From the NCBI GenBank assembly GCA_964016885.1, contig OZ024744.1, positions 124,868,001 to 124,932,000 of the forward strand: a stretch of 64,000 bases of DNA, written 5' to 3'. Each line of letters opens with the position of its first letter. Position 1 is the stretch's first letter. Source of the stretch: Eledone cirrhosa (taxonomy: Eukaryota). The notes below the pieces were generated by a model. That model had not been told where the DNA came from and did not search any database. It was given only the letters and a program-made list of their open reading frames with translations. The translations under genes were made by a program, and so were the position numbers. Of this stretch, positions 23,276 through 35,789 are shown one piece after another.

Positions 23276-26200
23276 AATAATAATAATAATAATGAAATGA
23301 TTGTGTACAGTGCTCAGGTGCACTACAACTCATCAAAGGTGCATGTATAGTACATAGAATAATGTACAAACATCAGTAAAATGAACAGTGCACACATGTG
23401 TGCATGTGTATGGAAGGGGCACATCAGGTGTAGTTTTGGCGTATTTCGGGAAGCATGAGTGTCTTAAAGGATGCAGTGTCTCGGCAGCTAACAATTGACG
23501 CAGGCAGTTTGTTCCATGTTTCAGCAACTCTGAGCGTGAAAAAATGTCTGCGAAAGTCATGGGAGCTGTGCTGTTTTCTTATCTTGTAGGCATGTCCACG
23601 TGTGTTAGACACATGGAGATCAAAGAGGCGCTCAGGGTTGCAGTTGGCGAGATGGTTAAAAACTTTGTGGGTATTCACCAAGTCCACTGCCAGATGTCGG
23701 AGCTTCAATGAATCCATGCCCAGGGAAGCAAGGCGTTCAGAGTATGGTAGGTGTCTGATGGAGGGTATGCGCTTGGTTGCACGTCTCTGAACAGCTTCCA
23801 GGAGGTCAATGTTCCGAGCAAGATAGGGGTTCCAGACTGATGATGCGAATTCCAAGTGTGGTCGCACCATAGCTGTATACAGTTTTAAATAGATGGCTGG
23901 AGAGCGGCTAACAAAGGTCTTGCTGAGTGATGCCAAGACACCCTCGGCCTTCTTGACAATCTTAGAGACATGCTTTGTCCAACGCAAATCGTTGCCGACA
24001 GTAATGCCCAGGTCACGTTCACAAGAGGACTTTTTGATGTCAGTGTTGTGGAGGGAGTATGTGGACGCTGGATTTTTCCTTCCAAAATGCATGGTGGTAC
24101 ACTTGTCCACAGCCAGCTTCAGTTGCCAGTCTGTGATCCATTGCTGCATTGTGTCCAGGTCTGATTTTAGGAAAGAGTTGTAAATTTCAGGATCAGTCCT
24201 TTTGATTTCAAGGTACAGCTTGATGTCATCTGCATATTTTAGTACCGTGGCATTCTGTAAGTTGGCATCTATGTCATTAATATATGCCACAAACAAAAGA
24301 GGACCAAGAACAGATCCCTGTGGTACACCAGATGACATCTCATATGGTGAAGAATGCTGTCCTAGAACCGTGACTACCTCTTTTCGGCTGAGAATGAAGG
24401 ATTTCAACCAGTTGAAAAGATCATCCCTCACACCCATTGCAAAGAGTTTTGCCATAAGTCTTTTGTGTGGCACAGAATTAAAAGCCTTAGCAAAGTCAAG
24501 GTAAACAACATCCACCCATGAGCCGCTGTCAGTGATCCGGGTGATGTCTTCAAGGAACTCGATAAGCTGATCACAGCAGCTGGAGTTAGGGATAAATCCA
24601 AACTGTGAGGGCCGGATGAGGTTGTGAGAGCTCCAGAAGTTCCAAAGTGTTTCTCTGACACAGGATTCAACAGTTTGGCCATACAGCTAGTAAGACTGAC
24701 TGGACGATAGTTGACAGGTGACATGCGGTTGCCCTTTTTGAACAGGGGAATGACACTGGCAGTTTTCCACTGCTCCGGAGTAGCACCATTGCTGAGACAG
24801 TATTGAAAGAAGAAAGAAAGCTGGTGCAAAAGGAAATACTCACCACGTTTGAGAAGCAGGTATGTAACACCATCAAAACCAGGGGAGGCATAGTTGCGCT
24901 TATTCTTAAGGTGACGTCGCAACATTGCAGGTGTAAATTCCATAGTTGTTATGGAATTTGATGTTAGAGATGGTGGAGATGGTACATTCTGGTTTTCAAC
25001 AGTAAAAATATTGCATAGCACTCAGCAATGAGTTCTGCGCATTCTTTGGGATCGTCAGTGATCTGGCTTGTGTGGGGATTGCGAAGAGGACCAACTGGAG
25101 AGTGAGGTCGCTGCTTTGAATGAACATATTTCCAGAACACCTTACTGTCAGGATTGGTTGCTATGCACTGTTCAAATTCAAGCACTGCCTTCTTTGTCCC
25201 TTGCTTGAGATGGTTAGAAGATTTATTCCGCTTTTTTCTGTTGGCATCTGATCTATGCAGTTTATATTCCCGTTCAGCGTTCCGACGTTCTTTCCTGGCA
25301 AGTCGGACTGCTGAAGTTTCCCAGATTGCACTTTTGGGGTGGTTATTTTTCCGCTTCCGTGGCACTGATGCTGCACACGCTATCCATATTGAGTCCAGGA
25401 TGCTCTGGAGTATAGAGTTCACATCTCCAGAGTTATACATCTCATGCCAGTTTGGGCGCTGTAGCTCAGTGCAGTACAAGTTCCAATCCGCCCTCTTCCA
25501 ATCAAAGCAAGCAGATTGGAGATGGCTCTGGTTTTTGTTGCTGCCCTCAAGTGCCAGATTGGCAATGATCATAGCATGATCAGAGTCGCCTAGAGGTTCC
25601 TCAGTAGTACAACTGATAACCACTTCAGGAGTAGTGGTGAAGATCAGGTCCAAAGTGTTGTCACCTCTTGTTGGAGAGGTGACTACTTGTGACCAGTTTG
25701 AGTCCAGCACTAGTTCAAGGAAATCGTTTGCACCCTGTGGCCAACGAAAGGTTTCCCAATCGATCTCAGGATGATTGAAGTCACCTGCAATAAACACATA
25801 AGTGGCTGTTTTCTTGGCAGCAACTCTGAGGATATCGCAAAGCTGTGTGTCCTGATGGTAGTTTGGGGGGCGATAAACAACACCAAGCAGAAGTGTTGAC
25901 ATGGTCATACGTATGTCACAGAAAAAAACTTCTTCCTGTGATTCGTTCAAATCAACGCAAGGAATTACCGAAAAGTTTGAACGAACGTAGACCATCACAC
26001 CACCACCACGGCGGTTAATGCGGTCCTTGCGGAAAAGGTTGTACCCAGTAATGGTGAAAACCCCATCACAGAGTAAGGAATGTGCCCATGTTTCCGTGAC
26101 TGTGATGAAGTCAGGGTCGATGCTTCTGACGTAGGATTCGAACAGATGTATCTTGTTGCATAAACTGCGAGCATTTAAGGACAACAATTTGTACCCTGCT

Positions 26201-26397
26201 CGCAGTCTATGATGGTGTGTAGAGGGTGGCAGGTTGTTCTGGTTTAGTTTCCCAGAGTTGTAGCAGTTTTTACATTGCCAGTTATTGTGGGTAGATCACA
26301 CTCAGACCAGCTGGTATCTCTCTTCCACGTTTCACCCGCCTTGACAAACCTCCAGATCTGCCCATCATCACGCAGACTGAAACTTTCATCTTGTGCT
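23276..26397 (-). mobile_element. CR1-clade LINE, 5'-truncated, with complete but frameshifted ORF2 (APE endonuclease plus RT)
   Basis: LNARSL, TETW, GDFN, LDLIF and SDH endonuclease motifs (24964-26187); YRPVSLTS, GVPQGSVLGPLLF, YADD, ERDLG, VRPHLEF, VQRRATK, WNKLP. Frameshifts near 25015 and 24668; (ATT)n tail. Confidence 0.96.
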
Positions 26398-26463
26398 GTA
26401 TATATATATATATACACACGTGTGTGTGTATTTATGTATATATATATATATATACACACACAC

Positions 26464-26505
<42 letters not shown>

Positions 26506-26620
26506 GTGTGTGTGTGTATATATATTTATATATATATACACACACGTGTGTGTATATATATATATATATATACACGTGTGTGTGTATTTATATATATATA
26601 TATATACACACACACGTGTG

Positions 26621-26651
<31 letters not shown>

Positions 26652-26670
26652 GTGTGTGTATATATATATA
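26398..26670. repeat. Compound (TA)n/CACGTG microsatellite, right flank of the CR1
   Basis: Read directly from the sequence. Confidence 0.95.
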
Positions 26671-27011
26671 TCTGTCTCTCTCCCTGTCTCTCACTCTCCC
26701 TCTATCCCCCCTCTCTCTCTCTGTCTCTCTCTCCCCCCCCCTCTCTCTCTCTAGTAGTAGAGAGAGACAAAGAGAGAGAGATATAAACGTATAACCCTAA
26801 CCAAACCCTAACCCAACCCTAACCCCAACCCTAACCCTAACCTAACCCTAACCCATCTCTCTCTCTCTCTCTCTAGTAGTAGAGAGAGAGACAAAGAGAG
26901 AGAGAGATATAAACGTATAACCCTAACCCAACCCTAACCTCTCTCTCTCTCTCCCCTCTCTCTCTCTATTCCCCCCTCTCTATTTCCCCCCCCCCCTCTC
27001 TCTCTAGTAGT

Positions 27012-27042
<31 letters not shown>

Positions 27043-27126
27043 TATAAACGTATAACCCTAACCCAACCCTAACCCTAACCCAACCCCAACCCTAACCCAT
27101 CTCTCTCTCTCTCTCTCTCTCTCTCT
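26671..27126. repeat. Composite repeat: (CT)n-CTAGTAGTAG-(AG)n-ATATAAACGTATAA-(CCCTAA-like)n, 3 units
   Basis: Read directly; 5 units in copy B. Confidence 0.9.
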
Positions 27127-27267
27127 TTGTTTTTAACATTGTTTTGTTTTTCTTTTCTTTTCTTATTCAGATGACAAACGGCAGAGGATACAACAGAAGA
27201 AAAGAACAAAGATAATTATTATTATTATTACTATTATTATTTGTTTTATTATAATCAAAATATGCTG

Positions 27268-27840
27268 TTAGTTAGATCTGCATTGCGTACATTTTATATA
27301 ATTTATGCCAGTTCCTTTTCTGCATATCGAACATGGCCATTTCCCTGACGGAATAGAGTTTTGTCCTCTTTCGTGACACAAAGTACAGCCAGCGGCATCA
27401 TTGCGGACAGACTTAATCCCGAATTGCACTGACACACTGCCTCGCAATACGGAACACCGCACGTCTTTGATCTTCTTCCCGTCGATCAGCCTCCTTGCCA
27501 TGCTAAGTACACCTGACGTCTAGCTTCTCTCTTAGCGGCGGCTTTATATTCTTCTCTACTCCCACTAATTTTCCAAGCATTCCATGCTAGCCTTTAGTCT
27601 CCAATGGCCCGATCTACCGTGCTGTCCCACCACCATGTCACTCTCTGTCTGGTTGGAACTCTGATCCAGCCACAAGTTTAATCAGTAGCCTGCAATAAGT
27701 TGTCACATAAGAAAATCGAGTTCTCATGTATGTCATACGACTGTGAATCGTCTTCTTTTTCGTCATACACATATTGAAGGGCTTTCCTAAATTTCTATTT
27801 TAGTGAAATCTCTTTTAGCTTCCAGACCTTTCTTTTTTCC
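27268..27840 (-). mobile_element. RTE fragments
   Basis: SGKWPCSICRKGTGINYIKCTQC, plus a linker region homologous to 56018-56300. Confidence 0.75.
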
Positions 27841-28705
27841 ACATCTTCCTGTATGTCTCAATCATACCTGGAGCTGTCCAACATGACCATTGAAATCCCC
27901 TGCTAGCATAACGATGTCTCCGTCCTGTCATTGTGGCTGTTTGTAAAAATTGCTTGTAAATGAAGTCTTTCTTTTCTTTACCTAGCAGAAGCAATTAACA
28001 CTAACCCAACTGTAACACTAACCCTAACACTAACTTATGCAGGCCTAGGTAAAGACAAGAAAGATAAAACAAGGAGTGATGCTTCTTGAATTTTGTGATG
28101 CAAGTGTTTTAACCATTTGCAAAACCAACTTCCACAAACCTGCCTCACTGCCGCCTAATAACCTACAAATCAGGCAAGCACAGAAGCCGGATTTCTCGGT
28201 AGTTAGGCAGCGAGACAGACAGATGGGGTGTGAAGTACCAGGGTGTGCCCCGGGGAGGAATGTTTCCCACAGCGTGGGTTGGTTGTTGGTGATGTCTCGG
28301 TTATCTTGAGACGGAGTGAGACGTGCAGGAATACTCTCACGGAATCGCCAAATGAGGTTTATTTTTCAACATAGTCCCTGGAATGAAACAATGTGGTTAT
28401 TAAGAAGAATTGAAATTAATGTAAGATTTCACAGATCTATGATCAATCCTTCACAGTCAGCTTACAAAGTTTTCAGCCAAACCTTGTGTATTTCCAACAT
28501 TTCAAACCCTATCTAGGACTACATTATCTAATGTACAGTACAGTAGTTAGTATTAGTGGCTATCAGACATAGTGTATCTAAATGCAACATTTTTAACATT
28601 GTTTTTTTTTTCTTTTCTTTTCTTTTCTTATTCAGATGACAGACGGCAGAGGATACAATAGAAGAAAAGAACAATGATAATTATTATTATTATTATTGTT
28701 GTTAT

Positions 28706-29100
28706 TCCTTGAATCTCAGTCATTGATGTTGGTTAACTGGAAAGTCCGTTGGAATGAATATCAAGCCACTACCTGCAGCCTCAGATATTCAGGACGTATC
28801 GGAGGGTTCTTGCTGTTCCAAGCAAGCATGCCTTTTGAAGCGTTCCAAAAAGCGTGAAGGGGCCGATTTTCTTTAACCATCCCTGGAAACTTTTGGAGAT
28901 GGACAAAAAACTGGAACACAATAGACCTGACCTGGTGGTTGTGGACAAAGAAAAAAGATCGTGTCTGATTGTGGATGTGGCCTGCCCGTTCAACACGAGA
29001 GTGCAAGAGAAGGAGAGGGAGAAAATTAACCGATACCAGGACCTAAAGTGGGAGGTGAAAAGGATTTGGAACTGCCATGAAGTCAAAGTGATCCCGATTG
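28706..29100 (-). mobile_element. R4/Dong-like RLE non-LTR retrotransposon 3' end with internal inversion
   Basis: Plus strand 28899-29100 encodes HNRPDLVVVDK..IVDVACPF..EKINRYQDL..VKVIPI. Minus strand 28900-28781 encodes ISKSFQGWLKKIG..LQKACLLGTARTLR, followed by a 3' UTR and (TAA)n. Confidence 0.88.
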
Positions 29101-29141
<41 letters not shown>

Positions 29142-29164
29142 TATTATTTGTTTTATTATAATCA

Positions 29165-29705
29165 AAATATGCTGTTAGTTAGATCTGCATTGTGTACATT
29201 TTATATAATTTATGCCAGTTCCTTTTCTACATATCGAACATGGCCATTTCCCTGACGGAATAGAGTTTTGTCCTCTTTTCTACTCATCAACACTCATTCG
29301 TGACACAAAGTACAGCCAGCGGCATCATTGCGGACAGACTTAATCCTGATTTGCACTGACACACTGCCTCGCAATACGGAACACCGCACGTCTTTGATCT
29401 TCTTCCCGTCGATCAGCCTCCTTGCCATGCAAAGTACACCTGACGTCTAGCTTCTCTCTTAGCGGCGGCGGCTGTATATTCTTCTCTACTCCCACTAATT
29501 TTCCAAGCATTCCATGCTAGTCTTTAGTCTCCAATGGCCCGATCTACAGTTTCTGTCTCAACTCGTCTATGCTTGGTCGTTCCCGCACATTGACATTGCA
29601 CATCCAACGGAGCATGCTTGCTTCATTTCTCTCCAGCCGTCGCATGTCCTCTGCAGTTGCTGCCCGTGTCTCACTACCATGCAGCATCGCGCATCTAAAC
29701 CTGGC
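29165..29705 (-). mobile_element. RTE fragments (29165-29545 is a paralog of 27260-27615)
   Basis: Near-identical to 27260-27615; also MLHGSET..RRLERNEASMLRWMCNV. Confidence 0.8.
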
Positions 29706-29709
29706 CCTT

Positions 29710-30575
29710 ACCCTAACCCCAACCTCTTTGGTTTTCGTTTTCTCGACGGCTAGCCGCATTTCGTGATCCGCCTTTCGATTGCGCTTCCGTCGCGGCAAAA
29801 GAATTGCCTTTCCAGACCGCCGTCGCCCGACCGGACCCATGATAGAAGACGTTCGTTACCGTTGGAGCAACGCAAATTACTCCTCGGTTGACGCCAAAAA
29901 CGAACGCCTTCCCGCCTCGCGCCGCCTTCTCCTCGCCGACCCTCGGCCTCGACGATTAGCCACTTTCCGTCACAGCAGTAGATACGCGTCCGTCGTAATA
30001 GCCGTCATTTTAACGCAGGAGAAACGCCTAATTGCCCTGCACCGCGTTTGACGGCGATCTACGACGGCGACGATGCGCGCACTCTTCCTTGCTGCGACGA
30101 AGGTTTCGGCTTTTCGTCGTGGACCCGGTCAGGTCATGCCGCTGACCTCGCGTTACGGCGACGCGAGAAGACGTTCGTTACCGCTGGAGCAACGCAAATT
30201 ACTCCTCGGTTGACGCCAAAAACGAACGCCTCGCGCCGCCGCTTCCTCCTCGGCCTCGACGATTAGCCGCTTTCCGTCACAGCAGTAGATACGCGTCCAT
30301 CGTAATAGCCGTCATTTTAACGCAGGAGAAACGCCTTGACGACGATATACGACGGGTCGACGACGCGCGCACTCTTTCTGCTGCGACGAAGGTTTTGGCT
30401 TTTCGTTGTGGACCCGGTCGGGTCATGCCTCTGACCTCGCGTTGCGTCGCCACCGCCGCGGCGGGCTTGGGTTTAGCCGTAGCTACCCTCGTTTTGCCAA
30501 CGGCGACGCGAGAAGACGTTCGTTACCGCTGGAGCAACGCAAATTACTCCTCGGATGAGGCCAAAAACGAACGCT
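29710..30575 (+). repeat. Diverged orphan copies of the 169-bp/ETS-like sequence, with no 18S
   Basis: GTTACCG(C/T)TGGAGCAACGCAAATTACTCCTCGG occurs three times; 29965-30155 and 30270-30445 match about 1485-1670. Confidence 0.88.
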
Positions 30576-30653
30576 GAAGAGATATTGTCCATGGATATCG
30601 GGAATTTTACCCGCCCTAGATAGATAGATAGATAGGGATGTATGTATGTATGT

Positions 30654-30693
<40 letters not shown>

Positions 30694-31072
30694 GTATGTA
30701 TCTTTCTCATTCTCTCTGTATGTATGTATGTATGTATATATATATAATTATATATTTATAGACATCCTGAAAGCTTTTTAAATGTCTGAGAGATTGGCTA
30801 AATATGTTTTGCAGGTATGACCAGTAAGAGAGAGGTAAGTTATTTCAAAACAATTCTTTGACCATTATTTTAAGGTACTATCTCAGTGTATTTTTAAATT
30901 GACCTCTTGATAGGATGAAATGACCTGTATAATTTTTTTCATATTTAGATGGAATAGAAGAAAAACAAGAAAAATGAAATGAATTCAAACAGAAAATATA
31001 CACCAATGCCAATGGAGGTATGATTTCAGTTTAATCTTAACCTAATGACCACTTTACAGAGTGTACTGGATA

Positions 31073-31147
<75 letters not shown>

Positions 31148-31429
31148 AGGAAGCTCCAACCGTTAAGGTTGTCTTTCCATTTATTAATATATTGTGTATT
31201 TACTCCACTAAACTGTTGAGTGCTTTATATCAGTTATAAAAAAATTTCAGCTTGTTGAATCCCAAAATAGTTGTTGAAACAGCCACAGCTCAGCCGTCGG
31301 GGTCCTGAATATTTATCATATATATATACGTATGAGTGTGTGTGTTTTGAGAATTAATAATTATATAAACAAGTTTGTAATGAACAATTTATTTCTTATC
31401 AAAACTGTATAAACATGATATTATTTACA

Positions 31430-32092
31430 GTAAGAATAACAATAATAATGATGGTTTCTAGTAAAGGTGGAAGGCCAGTAATTTGGGGGAGGGGAAAGTT
31501 GATTAAATCGAAGAGAGAAAGAAAGAAAAAACAGAACGGGAAGGAGAGGGGATGGCAAGAGGTCCGGTGTCGCAGGAGAGAGGGGAGGGTGGTTGAGCTT
31601 TGAGTCTAGGGCAAGAGGGCAGAAATGCTGCGCCCCACGGATAAGACGGCAAAAATATTCTCGCGGACGATGGCCAGAGATACCCAATGCAACAACCACC
31701 CAACCTCGCGGTGTTCCCTCCTCAGATGGGCTGCTGACTCTCCGATCTTTTGGAGGAGCTCGGCAGTACAAGGTCCAAGTACTCCTGGGGTCTCGACGTT
31801 GACTGGTGCAGAGAGGAAGTGGCCGGACAATCCTCGGTATTTGTTTATTTTACGTTCTTCTGCGAGGTGGGCTGCGATGCCGGGGTTTGTGACCGAAACG
31901 ACTTGGAAACGAAGTTGTAGGCGGAGATTGTGTCGTAGCTGGTGGTGTCCCAGATGAGGGACCTACGTCCTTCGAATGGGAAGAGAGTGATTCCGTCGGG
32001 GCGCTTGCCATCTCCGGGACCTGTTGGCCCCAGTTGTGATGGGAAGCCAGCTGCGTCCAGGCTTCTTCTCAATATGTCGTTGACAACGACGT
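31430..32092 (-). mobile_element. CRE-like RLE non-LTR retrotransposon 3' fragment
   Basis: VVNDILRRSL..GDGKRPDGITLFPFEGRRSLIWDTT; PVNVETPGVLGP..WVSLAIVRENIFAVL; frameshifted. Confidence 0.78.
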
Positions 32093-32637
32093 GTATCTAT
32101 TCAATAATTATTTGAATATTGAAATTTTAGGTTTAACTACCTTTTAAACCAAATACATTAAGAAAGGCATGACCAACACCACATCATTTTTATTTCTATT
32201 TTGAAAGTAGGTTTATAAGTATTAAATTTCAGTAGATTCTTATATCCTTCATGGTGGTCTGGTGGGAGATACGAGAGATGGTGGAGGTTCTGGTCTGGGG
32301 TTCAATCCTGCTCAGGAGATACTCTAAGGGGGTTCATACTAAACTTCTTCAGTGTTTCTTATCTCTAGAGACAAATATATATACATAAGGTAATCTGGTA
32401 AAGTTGTTAGAACATCACATAGAATTCTTTGTAGTATTTTTTCCAGTTCTTCAATCTGAGTTCAACTTTACTTTTCTTCCATTCGGGGTTGATAATAACG
32501 TACCAGTCAAATACTAGGGGTTAATTCTTCCTCTATATCTCTTTCTCACTCTCTGTCTGTTTTATTAAGACCTGGAGAGGTGATGTACTCTACCAGGTTT
32601 TATAATGAGTGATGGGGTCATACCTGCCTGCTACACC

Positions 32638-32960
32638 TCTGTGTACTAAGTGTAGCATATTATATCCTTGTTCAGGGCCTTCCTGACATTACTGTGTACT
32701 AAGGGTAGCATTTTATATCCTTGTTCAGGGCCATCTTAACATTGCTGTGTACTAAGTGTAGCATATTATATCCTTGTTCGGGGCCTTCCTGACATTAGTG
32801 TGTACTGAGTGTAGATTTTAACATCCTTGTTCTGGGCCTTCCTAACATTACTGTGTACTGAGTGTAGATTTTAACATCTTTGTTCAGAGCCTTCCTTACA
32901 TTACTGTGTACTAAGTGTAGCATTTCATATACTTGTTCTGGGCCTTCCTAACGTTACTGT
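32638..32960 (+). repeat. About 53-bp minisatellite, about 6 units
   Basis: CTGTGTACTAAGTGTAGCATATTATATCCTTGTTCAGGGCCTTCCTGACATTA recurs. Confidence 0.88.
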
Positions 32961-33740
32961 GGAAATAGTAGTTTATATCCAATATGTAATATAGATATGG
33001 ATTCTACAGGACTAAAACTCATTAATATGAGGGGTATTAGTAGATTATATGCCATATTTAATAGAGAAATGGCTTCTACAAGACTAAAACTCATTAATAT
33101 GAGGGGTATTACAGTTTATATGCCATATTTAATACAGAAATGGCTTCTAAAGGACTAGAACTCTTTAAATTGAATAAAATAGTAGTATATATCCTATGTT
33201 TAATACAGAAATGCCTTCTAAAGGACTCATTAATATGAGGGTATTAGTAGATTATATAACATATTTAATACAGAAATGGCTTTTAAATTCAGGGACTCGT
33301 TAATTTGATGGAAATAGTAGTGTCTATGCAATATTTAATACAGAAATAGCTTCTACAGGACTAAAACTAATTAATATGAGGGGTATTAGTAGTATATGTG
33401 CCATATTTAATACAGAGATGGCTTCTAAATGGAGGTATCTCATTAATTCGATTGAAATGGTAGTGTATATGCAATATTTAATACAGAAATAGCTTCTACA
33501 AGAATAAAACTCATTAATATGAAGGTTATTATTACATTATATGCCATATTTAATACAGAAATCGGTTCTAAAGGACTAGAACTCTTTAATTCAAATCAAA
33601 TAGTAGTATAAAGCAATATTTACTACAGAAATGGCTTCTACAAGACTAAAAATCCTTAATATGAGGGGTATTGTTAGATTATATACCATATTTAATACAG
33701 AAATGGCTTCTAAATGAAGAAATCTCTTTAATTCGATAGT
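32961..33740 (+). repeat. About 70-bp diverged minisatellite, about 11 units
   Basis: ATATTTAATACAGAAATGGCTTCTA recurs about every 70 bp. Confidence 0.85.
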
Positions 33741-34393
33741 AATAGTAATAATAATAATAGTAATAGTAATAATACAGCCAATTTTCCACGCAATACTTTT
33801 AGTTAGCACCCCGAACGCATAATTGGGAATATAATCACTTATTTCCTAATGTTTGTTGAGTGAGTTGGGAAAAAAAACTTGGGAAATATATTTTCAGGGT
33901 CTCAAAATCTTAAAGAGAAAAAAAAGTCCTGTGGAAGGTAGCAAAACAATTAGGAAGAAAATGGTTTGAAGTTGGTTGGTGAGTATAAGATTACAGTATC
34001 TTGTTGATTTCTATAAAGTTTACTTTTAACTGAATTGGTAAAAATGGATAAATTAGAAGACACAATATAATAACTAATATTGTCTTCTAAAACAGGGAAT
34101 AAAAATATGTTGGTGTATTGGGGGGGGGGGGGGGTAAACATGTGAGTTAATGGGAATGTTTTTGTTTGTTTTTATTGAAACATATTCAATCTACAGATAG
34201 GTTGTTATAGTTATTTAGTCTCGGGTCTGCCATTATCTGCAGATTTATAATTGAGGGGTGTTCCAGGTGTGACCACCCTACATTATTCCTAGAGATTGTT
34301 ACTCCTTCATTCTTCAGTCATCTTGGTCTTCTTATGAGATGGTGGTGTAGTCTTATTTATTGTTAAGGTTATGGTCTTCCTTTGTCCACACTC

Positions 34394-34431
<38 letters not shown>

Positions 34432-34689
34432 AAAGGCTTCCTTCTCTGGAAAAAGATGATTTAATATTCACAACCATCTGTCTAATTGTTTTCTGATGAG
34501 AATAAAGTTAATCTTGCTTGTATGTCTACCTGATCAAATGACTGGCTGATATCTTGAAGTCATTTACACCACAGAACTGTAGGAGTCTTGATCCCTCAAG
34601 CCATACCTCTAGCCATCATGTACTCCAAAAGAGTCTCACCTTGGTGCTACTCAACATGTCCATTAAATTTAGCAGCAAGGATGCCCTCT

Positions 34690-35470
34690 TCTTAGTGAGA
34701 GACAACTACAAGAGAGGTTCTTAGAGAAGAATAAGCCACTATAGTTAACTTTTGTTGACATAGAGAACCCCGATCTGTCATCTGGTGGTCCTTAAGGAAA
34801 CTAGGTGTAGGGGAATGGCTTGTGAGGACAGTGCAAGCTATGTACAAGGGTGCTGTCAGTAAAGTGAGAGGAGGAATTCCAGAAACAAAGTAGGTGTACA
34901 TCAGGGTTCGGTCCTCAGTCCGCTCTTGTTCATTATAGTCCTCCCTCCCTCCCTCCCTCCCTCCCTCCCTCCAAGCCATAACAGAGGAGGAGTAGTTTAA
35001 GACTGGATGCCCATGGGAACTTCTCTATGCTGACGATCTGGTTCTTATAGCAGAATCAGTAGAGGAGCTAGCTAGAGAATAAATTCTGGCTATGGAAACA
35101 GCAGTAGTTGGAATCAAGAAGACTGAGAGTGAACCTAGCTAAGACAAAAGTGTTTATAAGTAGAAGAGAGGACAAAACTCTGATTCTGTCAGGGAAATGG
35201 CCATGTTCGATATGTAGGAAAGGAGTTGGCATAAATTCTATGAAATGTAGTACGCAATGCAGATCTTGGCTACACAAGAGATGTAGTGGGATAGCAGGAA
35301 AACTGACTGACAGGTAGGGAGAAATACGTATGCAGTAGATGTACAGGGAAATTTGACAGAGATTGCAGTGATAGACACATTTTTCAAATGCAGGTGGGAT
35401 CTATAGAGGGAGTTGATAGCTTCTGATACCTAGGTGATCAGATTAGTAAGGGAGGAGGGTGATATAAAAT
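34690..35470 (+). mobile_element. Degenerate RTE-clade LINE RT domain
   Basis: LRKLGVGEWLVRTVQAMY, VHQGSVLSPLLFIIVL, ELLYADDLVLIAES, LRVNLAKTKV, GKWPCSICRKGVG. Confidence 0.9.
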
Positions 35471-35789
35471 ATATTGTTATCATGACTGTCTTTATTATTT
35501 AAATTACCTCTGTCTATTTACAGATTTTACAGAGTGTACTGGGTGCTTTTATGATAGGAGCAGCAACTCTATACGATTTTACAGAGTGTACTTGGTGCTT
35601 TTATCATGGCACATGGCAGCAGCAGCAGCAGCAACTACGATTTTACAGAGTGTACTTGGTGCTTTTTACTCTGACATCAGCACTGAGGAAGTTGTCATAT
35701 TTTCAGCTAAATTAATGAGTAGAAAAACCAAGTTTCTGCTACAAAAAATTCTCAGATTCAAGGGAGACATTCAGTTTAAGTATGGTATA

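Larger units (their letters stand above)
1..27433 (+). repeat. Segmental duplication, copy A
   Basis: The sequence at 1 (GAGATATTCAGTGC) restarts at 36187, and window end 64000 matches 27433. Identical ORF translations recur at offsets of about 36186, 34000 and 39733 as internal arrays change length. Confidence 0.97.

Noticed and set aside
22301-23369. Tyr/Ile/His/Thr-rich ORFs (also 26275-26794, 53676-55053, 62156-63259)
   Set aside because: Translations of dinucleotide microsatellites.
23424-26187. Active CR1 or host RT gene
   Set aside because: Two frameshifts and a 5' truncation, although assembly errors cannot be excluded.
28854-29100. R2 element inserted in 28S
   Set aside because: The RLE fragment sits in (ATT)n, far from any rRNA-derived sequence, and no R2 target site was seen.
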